A stretch of 64,000 bases of DNA from Eledone cirrhosa (lineage: Eukaryota), in contig OZ024741.1 in NCBI GenBank assembly GCA_964016885.1, forward strand, positions 147,188,001-147,252,000. The letters run 5' to 3'. Below the pieces are notes generated by a model. It had not been told where the DNA came from and searched no databases. It saw only the letters and a list, made by a program, of their open reading frames with translations. Position 1 is the stretch's first letter, and each line of letters starts with the position of its first letter. The translations under genes and the position numbers were made by a program. Shown one piece after another: positions 26,861 through 39,754 of the stretch.

Positions 26861-27702
26861 TGAATATTTTCTAAAGCAGAGCTTGAACTCAAATTCCTTA
26901 TTCATTTTTTAAATGCAAGTTTTCTATTCCCTCAGTTCTACTATCTCAGCTTTGATGTTGTTTTGGCCGACAAGATATGTTTGTTTGATATCAGTGTAAT
27001 ATAACAGGTTTTGCACTAAGTTTCACACGACTCATCATTGCTTTTGTAATACTGTCTGCTGCCTTGCAGCATTTGTAATATTTAAAATATTGTTTTCTAC
27101 CTTCTCCATTTTTAACAATATAGCAGTTGTCAATATCGTCTATTTTACAATATGGTCTGTCTGTTGCCTTCATTTTATATTATATTGGCTGCTAACCTTT
27201 CCATTTTACAATATCCAATATCATATGCTGGCAGCATTTCTGTTTTACAATATTGATTTCTCCCACAAGCACAATACCTCAAATTCATATAAGAGAGACA
27301 TCTACATATAATCCTGACACTTGCTCATACTAGAACAAAGAAAGACAGTATTTGATCTGAGATCTTAGAAGAACAACACTAAATACTGCAAGGGATTATG
27401 TCCAACACTCTAATGCATGTTTGTTTGTTTTGTTGTGTTTTTTTGTCTTACAATAAATTTTACTACTCTGTACTGTATTTATTTTTTTTTTGTACATCTG
27501 CAATGATGAGTCATGTGAAACTTAGTGCAAAACCTGTTATATTACAATGATATCAAACAAACATATCTTGGTCGGCCAAAACAACATCAAAGCTGAGATA
27601 GTAGAACTGAGGGAATAGAGAATTTGCATTTAAAAAATGAATAAATAATTTGAGTTCAAGCTCTGCTTTAGAAAATATTCATTTTTTTTTTTTGTACATC
27701 TG
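26861..27702. repeat. ~180-bp inverted duplication (26861-27041 vs 27500-27681); second copy flanked by direct repeats
   Basis: High-identity reverse complement; ATn-GTACATCTG at 27481-27500 and 27681-27702. Confidence 0.9.
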
Positions 27703-27950
27703 TAGCTTTTCTTTCATATTGGATTTTTCATGTCGACATATACATCACAAATTTGCATGGTATTAGTGTAATCCATTTAACAGATCCACAATATATAACT
27801 GATACTCATTTTCTCAATCTTAGAGACAAGACAATCAGTTTGACAGAATCAGAACATTGGATATTTTTGGTGACTGTGATCTAAGTTCAAATTATGCTGA
27901 AATCCACTTCCCCTTTCATCCTTTTGGCTATAGTAGAAACAATTATTATT

Positions 27951-28135
27951 GTGAATTGGCATTATCGGTAGAGGGTTGGACGCCATGCTTTCTAGCATAG
28001 TTATGTCCTTTTACAGTTTGAGTTCAAATCCCGCCGAGGTTAACTTTGCCTTTCATCCTTACGGGGTCGATAAAATAAAGTACCAGTAATGTACTGGGTA
28101 TTTGCTGGCTTTGTGCCTAAAGTAGAAACAATTAT
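27951..28135 (+). mobile_element. SINE family A
   Basis: Box A, box B, central domain and tail. Confidence 0.9.
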
Positions 28136-28329
28136 TATCATTATTTGAAACTTCCTTTGAATTCTGCTTCTTTTTTAAACCATGCCAAGTGTCAACCTGA
28201 CACCTGAGGCAAAATTTGATAATACACACATTTTACAATAAATTGTCATATAAATATTGCCACAAGGGCACAGACAACAGTAAATATCTTTACAAGGTTT
28301 TTAAATTGATAATGCCCTTCTCAGAACAT

Positions 28330-30080
28330 GGACAGTGCCAGTCAGTACAAATTTTCTATATCTCTTGCAGAAATGGCTTTCCAAGTGTCCGGTCCAAATA
28401 TTTTTCAATTCCTTTTTTCTAACATCCCAAGTGCACCTACTATCACTGGTATTGTACAGGCTTTAAGATGCCTCATTTTCTCAATTTCAATTGATAGATC
28501 TTTATATTTACTGAGCTTCTGAACTCATTCAAGGAGATGTTATGATCTGATGGAATGCTCATATCAATTAAGAAACAGGTTTTCTCTTTATGGTCCTTCA
28601 CAATTATATCCAGTCTGTTGGCTTTGATGGGTCTTTCAGTGTTCACATAGGATTGTCACATTCTTGCCTCCAGTTGTATCATTTGCCCTCCGTTTTCAGA
28701 CCATAAAACCTACACATTTCCCGGTGTAAATATTGCTCCACTCTATCATACCTTGTTTTATATTCCTGAGGAGCTAATACTTTGCAGCCCGATACTAAGT
28801 GGTTAACGATCTCAACATGCTCATCAGAGAATCAACATTTTGGGTCAATTCCATTTCTGATCACATTGACTTAAAAGTTGCACATTGAAAGGCAATGGTC
28901 TTGTGAAGCCAAAATGAAGCCCTTACTTTCTGCCTTTAGCCTAGAATTCTGAAGCCACTGATGGATGAGTGTTTGATCTGCATCAGGTTCTTTGCTATGG
29001 AGAATATACTGCCCATGCAGTTGTTTTTGCTCACATTTATTATGCAGTCTCTGTTGACTTTCATGTTTAGCCAATATTTTGATGTTTTTTGTGGCTTTAA
29101 TTGCAGAATTGCCATCATTTTCAAAATGTATTCCCAATTTTCCCACAAACTTCCTACTTTCCTTTGTGACTGAATGTAACTTCTTCCTTTCATGATATAC
29201 AACCATTTTCATTATCCAGTAATTTGTAGTTTTAAGGTACTGATCAAATCCAATGGTAGATATTCTGCATGACAGCTCAAGCTGGATTAATCCTCTACCT
29301 CTGTTTTGTCTAGCAAGATAGAAACATTTCACGTCTGCTTTTGGGCGATGTATTTTATTACCGGTCAAACGTCTCATAATTTTTGTGTTCATTCGCTTAA
29401 TTTCATTAATGATATTAAAACTGTAAGTGACAACTGGGATTGCAATCGTATTATAGCAGATATTTTATTCTTGGAGTTGAGCTGTTTTCCTTGTTGATTC
29501 TCTCTATCATGCTGACATGGTGAATAGCTTGGCCTTCATTGATTCCAACATATCTGTAGGCTTGGTCCTGTTCTAGTTCCCTAATTACTGTATTCACATC
29601 TATTTCCATTGAGTTTATGGTTGTCATTCTGCCTTTCTTGGATGTTACTTTGGCACCATTTTCTAATCCAAATTTCATCCCCAACATCATCCCTGAATAC
29701 CATAACTCTCTTCAACAGTCTTTCCAATTGGCTATCATTTTTGGCATACAGTTTCAAGTCATCCATATAAAACAGATAATTTATGGTTTCGCTGTCTATT
29801 TTTTGGCCATATTTTGCTTTGTTGAGTACTAAAGAGAGTGGGGTGAGTACAATGCAAAATATCAGGGAGAAAACGAATCACCTTGAAAAATATGAGAGTT
29901 AATACTTATATTGCTGGAATTTATAGTTCCATCACTGTGTGACAATGATGGGTTTTTCAGAAAGTTTGATATTATTGGAGAAATTTTCAGAACATCAGAA
30001 GTTTTCAAAATCCTTGAGTGGGGAACACTATCAAGTATTTTTTTGTAGTCAATCCAAGAGAACTCAATCTTCTGCACTTG
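28330..30080 (-). mobile_element. R4/Dong-like non-LTR retrotransposon (RT plus RLE), decayed
   Basis: WIDYKK..DSVPH, IFQGDS.SP, YMDDLKLYAKN, GMKFGL, GRGLIQLE, LHGQY, ASQD, H..SGC, and LDII..D....FLIDMSIP (RLE); next to (TAT)n. Confidence 0.8.
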
Positions 30081-30127
30081 TTATGAGTTTTCCAGCATCG
30101 TATTATTATTATTATTATTATTATTAC

Positions 30128-30625
30128 AGTGGATTGGCAGTATCAGTAGAGCTTCGGACACCATGCATTGCAGCATAGAGTTACACCCCTTTACGATTTG
30201 AGTTCATATCTTGCTGAGGTTAGCTTTGCCTTTCATCCTTACAGGGTCAATAAAATAAAGTATCTGTAATGCATTGGTGTCGATTTAATTGACTTTAGCT
30301 TTCCCCCAAAGCTTGGCCTTGTGCCTAAATCAGAAACCATTATTATTATTTTTTAAATAAAGCACCAGTAACGCACTGGGGTCAATTTAATCGACTTTCC
30401 CCTCCCCTTCAAATTGCTGGCCTGATGCCTAAAGTAGATACAAGGGTCAGACGCCATGCTTTCTAGCATAGTTATGTCCCTTTATGATCTGAGTTCAAAT
30501 CCCGCCGAGGTTAACTTTGCCTTTCATCCTTATGGGGTCGATAAAATAAAGCACCAGTAATGCACTGGGATAATTGCTGGCCTTGTGCCAAAAAGTAGAA
30601 ACAATTATTATTATTATTATTATTA
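30128..30625 (+). mobile_element. Cluster of SINE family A copies (two larger copies and one partial)
   Basis: Family A motifs at 30128-30345, ~30355-30440 and 30444-30605 with (ATT)n tails. Confidence 0.85.
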
Positions 30626-31210
30626 TCTGCCTTCCATATTCTAAAATATTGATAGTTATCTGCTCACTTTAAATTTCTGCTGCCTCATTGCCTTGCTCTA
30701 TTTTGACAATATCAAATGATGTTTTCTCTATTTTTAATTATCATCTGTTGTTTCCTACATTTTACATTTGCTTCTCTACTTTATTTTACAATATCATATG
30801 ATGTTTTCCCAAATTTTACAATATCATTGGCGTCCATCCTCTATTTTACAATATTATTGGCTTCAAGCCTCTATTTTACAATATTATATTATGCTTTTCC
30901 TATTTTATAATATTATTTGCTCCCATATTTATTTGACAGTATCATCTGCTAACTTCTAGAATGTATATTATCTGCTTCTTTCTTCCATTTTACAATGTTA
31001 TACAGTTTCCCTTCATTTTATAATATTGCTGCCTTCTCTCATTTTATATTATATACACCCTTCAGCATTTCATAATGCTATCTGCTGCTTTCTTCCCTTT
31101 TGAATACTATCTGCTGCTTTTCCCCCTTTTTAACAATGTCATATATGACTATTACTATCATTCTGTGATGTTATCTATTGCTTTCTTCATTTTGACAATG
31201 CTATTTACTT
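30625..31210. repeat. Degenerate ~30-bp minisatellite (ctattttacaatatcat-like); related tract at ~27080-27260
   Basis: Recurrent ttttacaatat units. Confidence 0.6.
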
Positions 31211-31614
31211 TGGTTTCCCTTCTTCAACAAAAGTGTCTATTTCATAACCTAATAGAAGAAAATTAATTGCAACTTCCAATTTTCTCTGAAGCATGCAATG
31301 TCATTTTGTTCAACAAATTCACACTTTATGTCATTAGGAACATATGAGTAAACAGGTTTCTTGTAATGCTGGCTCTTCAATTGTACAGGATACATCAAGT
31401 GGAAATCTATTAACTTTGTTGATCATCTGAATTATCAGCAAGCTAAACATGTACAAACAGCTAACAAATATAAGCTACAAGATGCTCATTTTGTAATCGT
31501 ATCCATGGAACATAATTTCAACTCTGAACTCAAGCTAGCATAGCATACATATCAATGTAAGTGTTTATATGAATGCATATATGAATACATATTTGTCCAT
31601 TCTGTGTGTATAAA

Positions 31615-32390
31615 TATTGGGTGACCTAATTAAGAGGATGCACAAAGCATAATTGCTAGAATAAAAATAGGATGGGGAAATTTCGGGGAGTTATTACCTC
31701 TATTGCCAACAAAAGGCCTCTTTCTATGAGTGAAGCATAGATTTATGACACCTGTATGTTATGTACAATAATAGTGAGATATGGGCAATGAATGCAGAGG
31801 ATATGAAGGCAGGATAGAAATGGAGCAAACATGCTTCAATGAATAAGCAATATTAATATGTGTGAAAAATAAAGTATTGATGAGCTGAGAGAAAAATTGG
31901 GTATAAGAAGAATTAGATGTAGTATGCAAGAGAGAAAGCTATGTTGGTATGAACATGTGATACATATGGATGATGATTGCTAGGTTAAAAAGTACCAAGA
32001 AATCACAGAGGAATAAACTCATCATAGAGAAAGACCAAGGAAGACTTGAGTGGAGGTAGTAAGAGTTGATCTCAATTCACTGAACAAACAGATGACAAAG
32101 GAACACAATGAGGGATGCTATGATGGAATAGAAACATCCAACCCATGCAAGTATGAGATATATTTTAATATGTTCATTCATTTATGTTTAGATGGTGTCA
32201 CAATATAAAGCCCCCAGTCCACTCTTTAAAGTGGTTGGTGTTAGGAAGGACATCTACTCATTGAAACCATATCAAAATAGAAAAATGAATAAGATATGGT
32301 CATTAACATGACTAACCTCAGACTGTGAGAGCCCGTCCAACCCATGCCAACATGGAAAACAGATGCAAAACAATAATAATGATGATATGT
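31615..32390 (+). mobile_element. Decayed RTE LINE 3' part
   Basis: ARIKIGWGKFRELLPLL...LREKLGIRRIRCSMQERKLCWY.HV..M, followed by the RTE tail. Confidence 0.75.
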
Positions 32391-32494
32391 ATATATAATT
32401 ATAGATGCTGGCATGGTCATGTGGTTAAGAAATTTGCTTCACAACTATATGGTTCTGGGTGTAATAAGCATGGCTCTTTTCAATGAGATATATA

Positions 32495-33740
32495 TATCAT
32501 CATCATCACCATTTAATGTCCATTTTCACACGCTAGCATGGGTTAGACGAGTTGTCCTGTTGTAAGAAATGCCAGGTCAGGTGATCATGTCTTGCTCATA
32601 CAGAACTGATTTTGCCTTGGTTTCTATGGTTTCTTGGATGCCCTTCCTAACATCATCCACATATACAGTGAGTACTGAGTGCTTTTTGTTGTAACACCTA
32701 CACAACCATTTTACAGGGTTGGCTGGATACTTTTTGTCATTTCACCATCACAACCACTTTACAGTATGGGTTGGGTGCTTTTTGTCATGTTGCCATCACA
32801 ACCACTTTACAGTGTGGGCTGGAGGCATCACTAGATGTGTGCTTCAGCCTATCCTCATGGGAGAATCCCCATGGGAAGGTGGTTCTTCTGTATAACACCA
32901 GAGATCTCAGTCCTTTGTCATCACCTTTGAGAGGTGCAATTAAGCAAGGTCAGCTTTTATCACTTCATCCCAAGTCATCCTGGGTCTCCCCACTCCAAGG
33001 CTTCCATCAACATTGAGCACTCTGCACCTTTTTATACAGCTGTCATCCTTCATATGCATCACATGGCTATACCAACACAATCCCCTTTCCTGCACACTGT
33101 ATCTGATCCCTCTTATGCCCAGTTTCTCTTTCAGTTCATTTATGCTTTGTCATTCATGTATATTACTGTTACATATCCATCAAAGCATGGAAGCTTCATT
33201 TCGTTTCAATCTTCGCAAGTCCTCTACACACAGTGCCCAGGTCACACTACTATGCAACATTGTTGTTCATATACATGCATCATACAATCTGCCCTTCATT
33301 TTGAGGGAAAAAACTTTTGTAATTAGCAGAAGTGGTAGCTCACTGAACTTTCCCCAACCCATTCTCACTCTGGCTACTGTGCTTTCAGAACACCCTCTTC
33401 CAACACTAATTTCGTCACCCAGGTAACAGAAGCTATCTACTACTTCTACAGAGCCCTCAGGGCATTTGAAGGAGCAAGCATCAGCCACATGTAAAACCTA
33501 CATTCTTTGCTAGCCTGCCTGAGATCCCACTACATCTCTTGTGTACCCATAGTTTTCATACAATGAAATTTCTACCTACTCCTGCTCTGCACACTGAAGG
33601 ACTTTGGTCTTTGACAAATTAACTTTAAGACCTTTAGATTCTACCCCATGCTTCCAGGTTTGGAATTTCTTCTCTAATCCTGCTATAGGTTCAGCTATAA
33701 GGGTTAGGTCATCTGCATACAGAAGTTCCCATGGGCAGAC
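32495..33740 (-). mobile_element. RTE LINE fragment (RT C-terminus, PHD remnant, 3' UTR)
   Basis: CPWELLYADDL...WVHKRCSGISG...FTCG...VDSFCYLGD...ARVRMGWGKF; (CAT)n tail at ~32500. Confidence 0.85.
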
Positions 33741-33745
33741 AGACA

Positions 33746-34390
33746 GTAATGCCAAGAAATACCTATGATGGCTAGTAGACCACTGATGACGGATATTCCT
33801 GGTTTCTATTTCTAATTCTTCATTTATTATATATATCCTATTTGCAACAACACAGCTTGCCATTTTTCATTCATATATGCTTTCCCCTTCGCTGTGACCT
33901 GTCTTTTTCTCTTCCCTTACTGCTATCCTCTTTCTCTCTCCCCCTTCTCTCTCCTTCTCCCTCTGCTAGTCACCCTCTCTCTCGGCTAACCTCTTCCTCA
34001 CACTTTCCCTCACTCACTGTCTGCTACTCACCCTCTCTCTCACTTCCTCCATCGTCCCACACCGTATGAGATTCTTTCCTCGCTCACATCCGCATGGCCA
34101 AGATGTGTCTTTGCCTTCTCGTCAATATTCACAAGTTCTTATGTTCAAAATGAATCATTGACTTGATTTTCTCATTTTTTCCATCTCTTTATGTTGCCTC
34201 ACCATTCGTGTTTGTTTACCTGTCTCTCTTTCTCCACCCAACTCTTTTTATCCCAATAACTTAATTTAGTTATTGTATCGCCCTAGCTTGAGGTATATGG
34301 TCTGTAATGCGAAGAAATACCTATGATGGCTAGTAGACCACTGATGACGGATATTCCTGGCTTCTATTTCTAATTCTTCATTTATTATAT
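33746..34390. mobile_element. Non-coding element bounded by ~90-bp direct repeats ending in (TA)n (PLE-like partial tandem)
   Basis: 33746-33837 is nearly identical to 34304-34390; pyrimidine-rich interior resembles the PLE 3' UTR at 62900-63400. Confidence 0.55.
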
Positions 34391-34445
34391 ATATATATAT
34401 ATATACATATGTGTGTCTGTATGTATATATATATATATATATATG

Positions 34446-35030
<585 letters not shown>

Positions 35031-35039
35031 ATATACAGG

Positions 35040-35327
35040 ATAAAGCTCCCATAACTCCTTGTGGAGTCATAGAGCACTGTCATATGGTGTGTCTAGGGCA
35101 CTTTTAAACCTGGCAAAGCCCAACCCTCTCCAGGTCTGAACACAACCAATTTTTTCTATAGAGGAAGAATCGACCCCAGTACTGGACTGGTACTTTTTTT
35201 ATCGACCTTGAAAGGTTGAAAAGCAAAGTTGACCCCGGTGGGATTTGAACTCAAATCATGCAATGAGGTGGGATGAATACCGTAAAGCATTCTATTCGAC
35301 GTCTTAACGACTCTGCCAATTCACCAC
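35040..35327 (-). mobile_element. SINE family A variant with an alternative 3' tail (related copy ~47700-48015, +)
   Basis: Same head and central domain, then a ctggagaggg...ccaggtttaaaa...ctatgactc...ggagttat tail seen twice in the window. Confidence 0.65.
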
Positions 35328-35363
35328 CTAATACATACATACATACATACATACATACATACA

Positions 35364-35399
<36 letters not shown>

Positions 35400-35513
35400 T
35401 AAGTAGAAGTGGTGTTTAATTTGTTGGAAGTCTGACAAATATAAATCCAGTGAATTTCCAACTGATAAGGTATGATTTTCATGGGTATGTCTCTATTTAT
35501 AAAACAAACTTTG

Positions 35514-35578
35514 TATTTTATCTGATGAAAGCGTACCAATGTTGTATTGGTTGCCCTTGAAATATATATAATAAAATA
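35514..35578 (+). ncRNA. Minimal type-I hammerhead ribozyme (solo pLTR fragment)
   Basis: tattttat-CTGATGA-aagcgtaccaat gttgt attggttgccctt-GAAA-tatata-TA-ataaaata. Confidence 0.8.
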
Positions 35579-35632
35579 AATATGGTTTTATAAATATAGT
35601 TTCCATTTATTTAATATCATTGTATATATACA

Positions 35633-35975
35633 TGGAGGCACATGGCTTAGTGGTTAGAGCATTGGCCTTGCAATCGTAAGGCTGTGAGTTCAATTCTCAG
35701 ACCGGGTGATGTGTTGTTTCCTTGAGCAAGACACTTTATTTCACATTTCTCCAGTTTACTCAGCTGTAGAAATGAGATGATAGGGACTGGGGTCCATATC
35801 ATTCCACTGCAAAGTGGTCGTGGAGGTGCCACGGCAAAATAGCACCCAGCATTCACTGTAAATGAGGTTGGTGTTAGGAAGGGCATCCAGCTGTAGAAAT
35901 CAAGCCAGAATCAGTTCTCGTCCCACCCTTGCAAGCAGGGAAAAGCGGACGTAAAATGATGATGATGATGATGAT
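35633..35975 (+). mobile_element. tRNA-derived SINE family C with RTE-derived tail
   Basis: Box A tggcttagtgg, box B gagttcaattct, ccttgagcaagacact core, and a tail matching the RTE 3' UTR with (ATG)n. Confidence 0.8.
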
Positions 35976-36559
35976 TATATATATATATGTATATGACAGG
36001 TAGTCATCTCAATAATAACTGATCACTATAATTAACTGTTCAGAAAATTGAGTAAAGTGCCTATGGAGATGAAAGAAAATAACAGACTGAGATGCCGACT
36101 AGAAATTAAAGACTGCATCTCTTGAATGCCAAGTAAATGCATTCACCATTAAGCTATGAGCTCCCTGACCACTGATTGTCATCTTTTAGATTTTATGCAG
36201 CTAGAAGTGTGAACATCTGCTTTCCTTAAGAAACATTAGGAAAATTTGAAATACAGTCATCACAACGAAAATGACTATAATAATAATAGACAATCACTAT
36301 GAATTGTCAAGAAAATTGGGTAATGTACCCTTGGCAAACGTTAAAAGTTGTATTCCAGATGGCATAAATACATAGACACTATATATAATAAGGAAATTTA
36401 TTGTGTACACTGCTCAATATGTGTGTATGTGTGAGAAAGAGTGTAAGCATATACATACACACATACATCTATATACATACATCCACATATATACACATCA
36501 CTGCATAAACATACACACGCATGCAAACACACACACACATATATATATATAATCGAAGC

Positions 36560-36604
<45 letters not shown>

Positions 36605-36782
36605 CTTTGATTGAGATGAAGAGAAAATAATGTTGCACACCGTAGAAAATTGAGGTGAACAAGTATGAAACAATTACCAGAATATCAATATCAATCAGCT
36701 TCTTTTATAGACTACTTATAACTGATAGCTTTATTTTGTCCTCATACAAAGTCATTAAACCTTTTATCCCGCTCACATTTCT

Positions 36783-36867
<85 letters not shown>

Positions 36868-36869
<2 letters not shown>

Positions 36870-37096
36870 AGGAGCAGGAACAAAGTATCAATATAACATC
36901 AATGTGTTTATTCACATATCACATCTCAAGGTACGATCAGTATCAGGTTCGACTCTAGAATCCATAAGTCTGATGAACTATCAATGCTACCCTGATCATT
37001 ACCAAACGTACCTTGAGCTGATCAATTGCGAAATATGCATGTCACGTGTGAATAAACATTTTGATGTTATATAAATACTTCGTTCTTGCTCCTTAT
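36868..37096. mobile_element. Small foldback element between (TA)n and (ATT)n
   Basis: ~48-bp imperfect terminal inverted repeats (aaggagcaggaac...ttcaca / tgtgaa...gttcttgctcctt) and an internal ctcaaggtacg/cgtaccttgag stem. Confidence 0.6.
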
Positions 37097-37107
37097 TATT
37101 ATTATTA

Positions 37108-37165
<58 letters not shown>

Positions 37166-37362
37166 CATCATCAATACTCTGTTTCTTAAGGATACAAATA
37201 CTTATAATGGTGAGATACTAAATGTAGAATCCTACATCGGTAGCTGGACCAACTTATTAGTATTAAGTGCTCAAACTGGTGAACCATCAGTAATTATACA
37301 TTACACACTATTACACTATATATTTACTTATATATATATATATATATGTGTGTGTGTGCATG

Positions 37363-37423
<61 letters not shown>

Positions 37424-38604
37424 TGAAAGTGAGGTGGTAGAGTGGAGGGAGAGAGAAGAAGAAGAAAGTAAGAGAAAGAGTGAAAGAGGAAGAGTGACAA
37501 AGCAGAAGAAAGAGAGATAAGCTAAAATTGATAGATCAAATCATAAAAGCATTGGATTAAATGATTTGCGACATTTGTTCTGGCTTTCAGCACTCTAAGT
37601 TAAACATCCTGTTGATGTCAACTTTGCCTTTCATCCTTTTGAAACCAATAAACGAAGTATCAGTTCAGGGGTGGTGAATTGGTAAAACAGATTGGATGGC
37701 ATATGGTTTCAATCCTGGCTTTGTACATTCTAAGACCAAATCCCACCTCTTACCACAAGAAAAGTGGTGAAAAGAGTTGACTAACATAAGGTACAAGAAA
37801 AGAACCAATGAAAATTAAGTTTCATTCAATCAGAGGGTGAACTCTTTTCTTTTCATTTTTAAATATATACATATATACATGCATATATATATGTGTGTGT
37901 ATACACATGCATATATATATATAAATATATATATATACATATATATATACATAGACATAAATACATGGTGTGAAGTATGCTAGTAGCTGAAGTGTATGAT
38001 AAAGTTATTTCTGTATAAATACAGTGTGTAACCGAGACTGCGCCAATGTGTATAAATATATACACTTATCTATTTTGGAGGCATGTAAACATGATTTCTA
38101 CAGCTGGATCTCCTTCCTATCACCAACCACTTTCCAGCATATTCTGGGTGCATTTATCGTGAAGATAACCAAACATTAGTGAGACTGTCATGTTGTTGAC
38201 ATGACTGAAGTGTCCTTCCAACTATTTCTTTGACAAGCCCCCACAGCTGAATGCCCTTCCCATCACCAACCACTTCATAGGAGGGGTGGCATGCACAGTG
38301 TGGGAAAATCTCATGAAATTCCTGAAAAATACTGCTCATTGTCCTAAAATGCTGACATATTTAGAAAACATATATCATATTTATGTTTTCACTCAGCATG
38401 CTATGTGGGACATGGCTGAATTCATTCAAAAGTTGCCTGGTACCAGCACAACAGCTTATTCGAAAGTATTATCAAACCGTACCCAATTGCATCTGAGCAA
38501 TTTCTAAATATATTTTGGAATCAAAAGATAAACTGAATATGTGTTAAGTGTTGGGTTGATACAATTTATAAACCCTTGTAAATGGGCATTATTAATTTTA
38601 TCAA

Positions 38605-38792
38605 GGGTGGTGGATTGGCAGTATCGGTAGAGGGTCGGACGCCATGCTTTGCAGCAAAGAGTTACGGACCTTTATGGTCTGAGTTCAAATCCCGCCGAGG
38701 TTAACTTTACCTTTCATCCTTACGGGGTCGATAAAATAAAGTATCAGTAATACACTGGGATAATTGCTGGCCTTGTGCCTAAAGTAGAAACA
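38605..38792 (+). mobile_element. SINE family A, full length, 17-bp TSD
   Basis: TSD attattaattttatcaa at 38588-38604 and 38793-38809. Confidence 0.92.
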
Positions 38793-39567
38793 ATTATTAA
38801 TTTTATCAACTCTTATATGACTGGGACTATCCTGCCTACAGAAATGAAAAATGAAATTTATATCCCTCACTTAAGCAAGTTTAACTAGCCTCCTATGTGT
38901 TTACATTCCATATGTTTTTGTGTGTTTTGATGATAGGGCCCTCAGTCCTATCATGAAAAGAACATTAAATGAAGAGACTTTCCCAAGAACACAATGCACC
39001 TCCCAGTCCAGAAATAGAATCTGCAACATTACGATCATGAGTCCAAAAGCCTAACCACTAGGCCACACACTATTATCATACTCTGCCTATAATCAAACTC
39101 TTATAGAAACCCCAAACAAAAATCATTAAAAAAAACATTAACATACTGACAGGAGAAGGACATATTTTAATAAAATAAGCTGTTAAAGGTGTCCATTATC
39201 TTTATAAAAAATACTATGCAAATGAGGTTGTAAATATTGAGCAGTAGCGTGGATGTGTCAGATGACGTGTGTAGAAGTTGTCTTAATTTTTTATCAGCTC
39301 TTTAGTCTTGTATGGTGGTAAATGATTGATTGCAAACCTTACCAGTATCAGGTTTTAAAAGGGATACAATGGATGGGGTGGGAGATGTCATACTGACCAC
39401 AGCTTTTTGAAACATTTGACATCCTGTATGAGGTTTGACAAATGGTCAAGAGATAATTATCAGAGTTGAAAATGTGGAGGCAGGTATAACATCTTAGGTG
39501 AATGCATAAAAACAGGCTTTGATTGATCTTTTCAATCCCATATTAAATATTTCTTCAGTATCTTCAT

Positions 39568-39754
39568 AATAATTGTTTCTACTTTTAGGCACAAGGCCAG
39601 CAATTACCCAGTGCATTACTGGTACTTTATTTTATCGACCTCGTAAGGATGAAAGGCAAAGTCAACCTCGGCGGGATTTGAACTCAGATCGTAAAGGGAC
39701 GTAACTATGCTGGAAAGCATGGCGTCCGACTCTCTACCGATACTGCCAATTCCA
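39568..39754 (-). mobile_element. SINE family A
   Basis: Reverse complement of the family A sequence. Confidence 0.9.

Noticed and set aside
34290-34345. Twister or HDV-like ribozyme assignment for the direct-repeat motif
   Set aside because: UAAUGC...GUAGA and GCGAA resemble fragments of these classes, but the required P4/T1 or P1.1/P2 pairings are absent.
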